Origin: Camelus ferus
Lineage: Eukaryota
Length of the DNA stretch: 64,000 nucleotides
Direction: 5' to 3'
Assembly (NCBI RefSeq): GCF_009834535.1
Contig: NC_045696.1
Span: 3,164,001-3,228,000 of the forward strand
Part shown: positions 62,986 through 64,000 of the stretch, piece after piece
How positions within the stretch are numbered: position 1 is the stretch's first letter
Layout: each line of letters begins with the position of its first letter
Made by a program: the position numbers and the translations under genes
Notes under the pieces: generated by a model
What the model was told of the DNA's origin: nothing
What the model saw: the letters and a program-made list of their open reading frames with translations, nothing else
The model's database searches: none

Positions 62986-64000
62986 GTAGAAGATCTTTTC
63001 TGGTAAGTTTCAGCCTTTTTCACGGACGGTTGTTCCGCAGATAGCTGTGATTTTGGTGTGCCCGAGAGAGGAGGCGAGTTCAAGGTCTTTCTACTCCATA
63101 ACCTTGGCCGCTCTCCAGAGAACACACTCTGTGTGATTTCAGCTCACTGAGATTTGTTGAGATTTATCGTGCAGCCCAGTGTGTTGTCGAGCCTGCTCAA
63201 TGCACATAAGCACTCGGGGAAGATGCGTGTCTGCTGTCGCTGGGGGGGACGTCCTCCGAACACCAGCTCGGTGCTGTTGACTGGGGCGTAGCTCACATGG
63301 TCTACGTCTTTGCTGGCTTTCTGTCTAGTGGTCCATCAGCTGTGAGGAGGCGTCTTGATGTCTCCAATGATAATTGTAACTCAGCCTCTATTTCTGTTTT
63401 CGGCTCTATCAGTCTTTTTTCATCTATTTTGAGGCCATTTTTTGATAAGGACTAAGGCTTTTGAAATTTCTAAATGCAAAATAATTTTTTGAGAGCAATA
63501 TGTGTCATAAAAAATTTAAGAACACACAGACTACAGTTTCAGTCCAAACCACTGTCAGCTTCCCCATCACACTGTCCTCAGGCCGACAGCAGAAGGAAAG
63601 GCCAGGTCCGCAGAGGTCGGGTCTCAGAAACTAGCTCTCCTCTTTAATTTTTTTTTTTTTTTTGAAATCTTTATCTCCTTATGTGGAAAAATGAAAGCAA
63701 CTCAGAATGGACCTGCACGGCAACATTCTAAACATCCTATTGAAACACTTAAGAGCCATGACATCCCCTTTTCAAAGCAAGGACTTAAAAATAGGACATC
63801 AGAGACTAAGGAGCGGGCCCGGAGTCGCCCCCGGACACAGGCATTAGGGCTGAGTGTCATACGAGGAGCCTGCGTTATGCGTGACTCTGGGCTTGGTTAC
63901 GCCGCAGCGGCCTCTTTCTCCCCCAGAGAAGCGCGTACGGGGAAGCGCCAAGGAGGGAAATGCAGGGAGAACCTGGACTGTCTTCTAATTTATGTTTTTA

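Larger units (their letters stand above)
58600..63440 (-). mobile_element. Old antisense L1 hosting several LTRs and an L1 5'-region fragment (about 62120-63118)
   Basis: ccagcatcgtctgttgaaaagg, gatactggcctcataaaatgagttggga, tctccaatgataattgt and other L1 antisense signatures. Confidence 0.8.

Overview
This is mammalian genomic DNA, probably a camelid judging from two Vic-1-like tRNA-derived SINEs. It is the ortholog of the human 21q22.3 UBASH3A-TMPRSS3-(TFF1) interval. The minus strand carries the first seven coding exons of UBASH3A (UBA, 2H-phosphoesterase and SH3 domains; ATG at 20282), and the gene runs off the left edge. The plus strand carries a complete, intact TMPRSS3: 12 coding exons from 31010 to 49022, 1362 nt, 453 aa, all GT-AG, catalytic H/D/S present. 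The two genes are head-to-head about 10 kb apart. The rest is mostly L1, MaLR/ERV LTRs, DNA transposons and microsatellites, and almost all ORF-track entries are chance ORFs. TFF1 is not visible in the window. I see no convincing novel multi-gene system. The most interesting observations are: a dead copy of the human UBASH3A long-isoform cassette exon; an intronic CpG island apparently built from GC-drifted old repeats; an LTR family repeatedly inserted into (TG)n tracts; an L1 with a probable 3' transduction; and lineage-specific TMPRSS3 changes. All human and repeat-family comparisons are from memory, not database searches.
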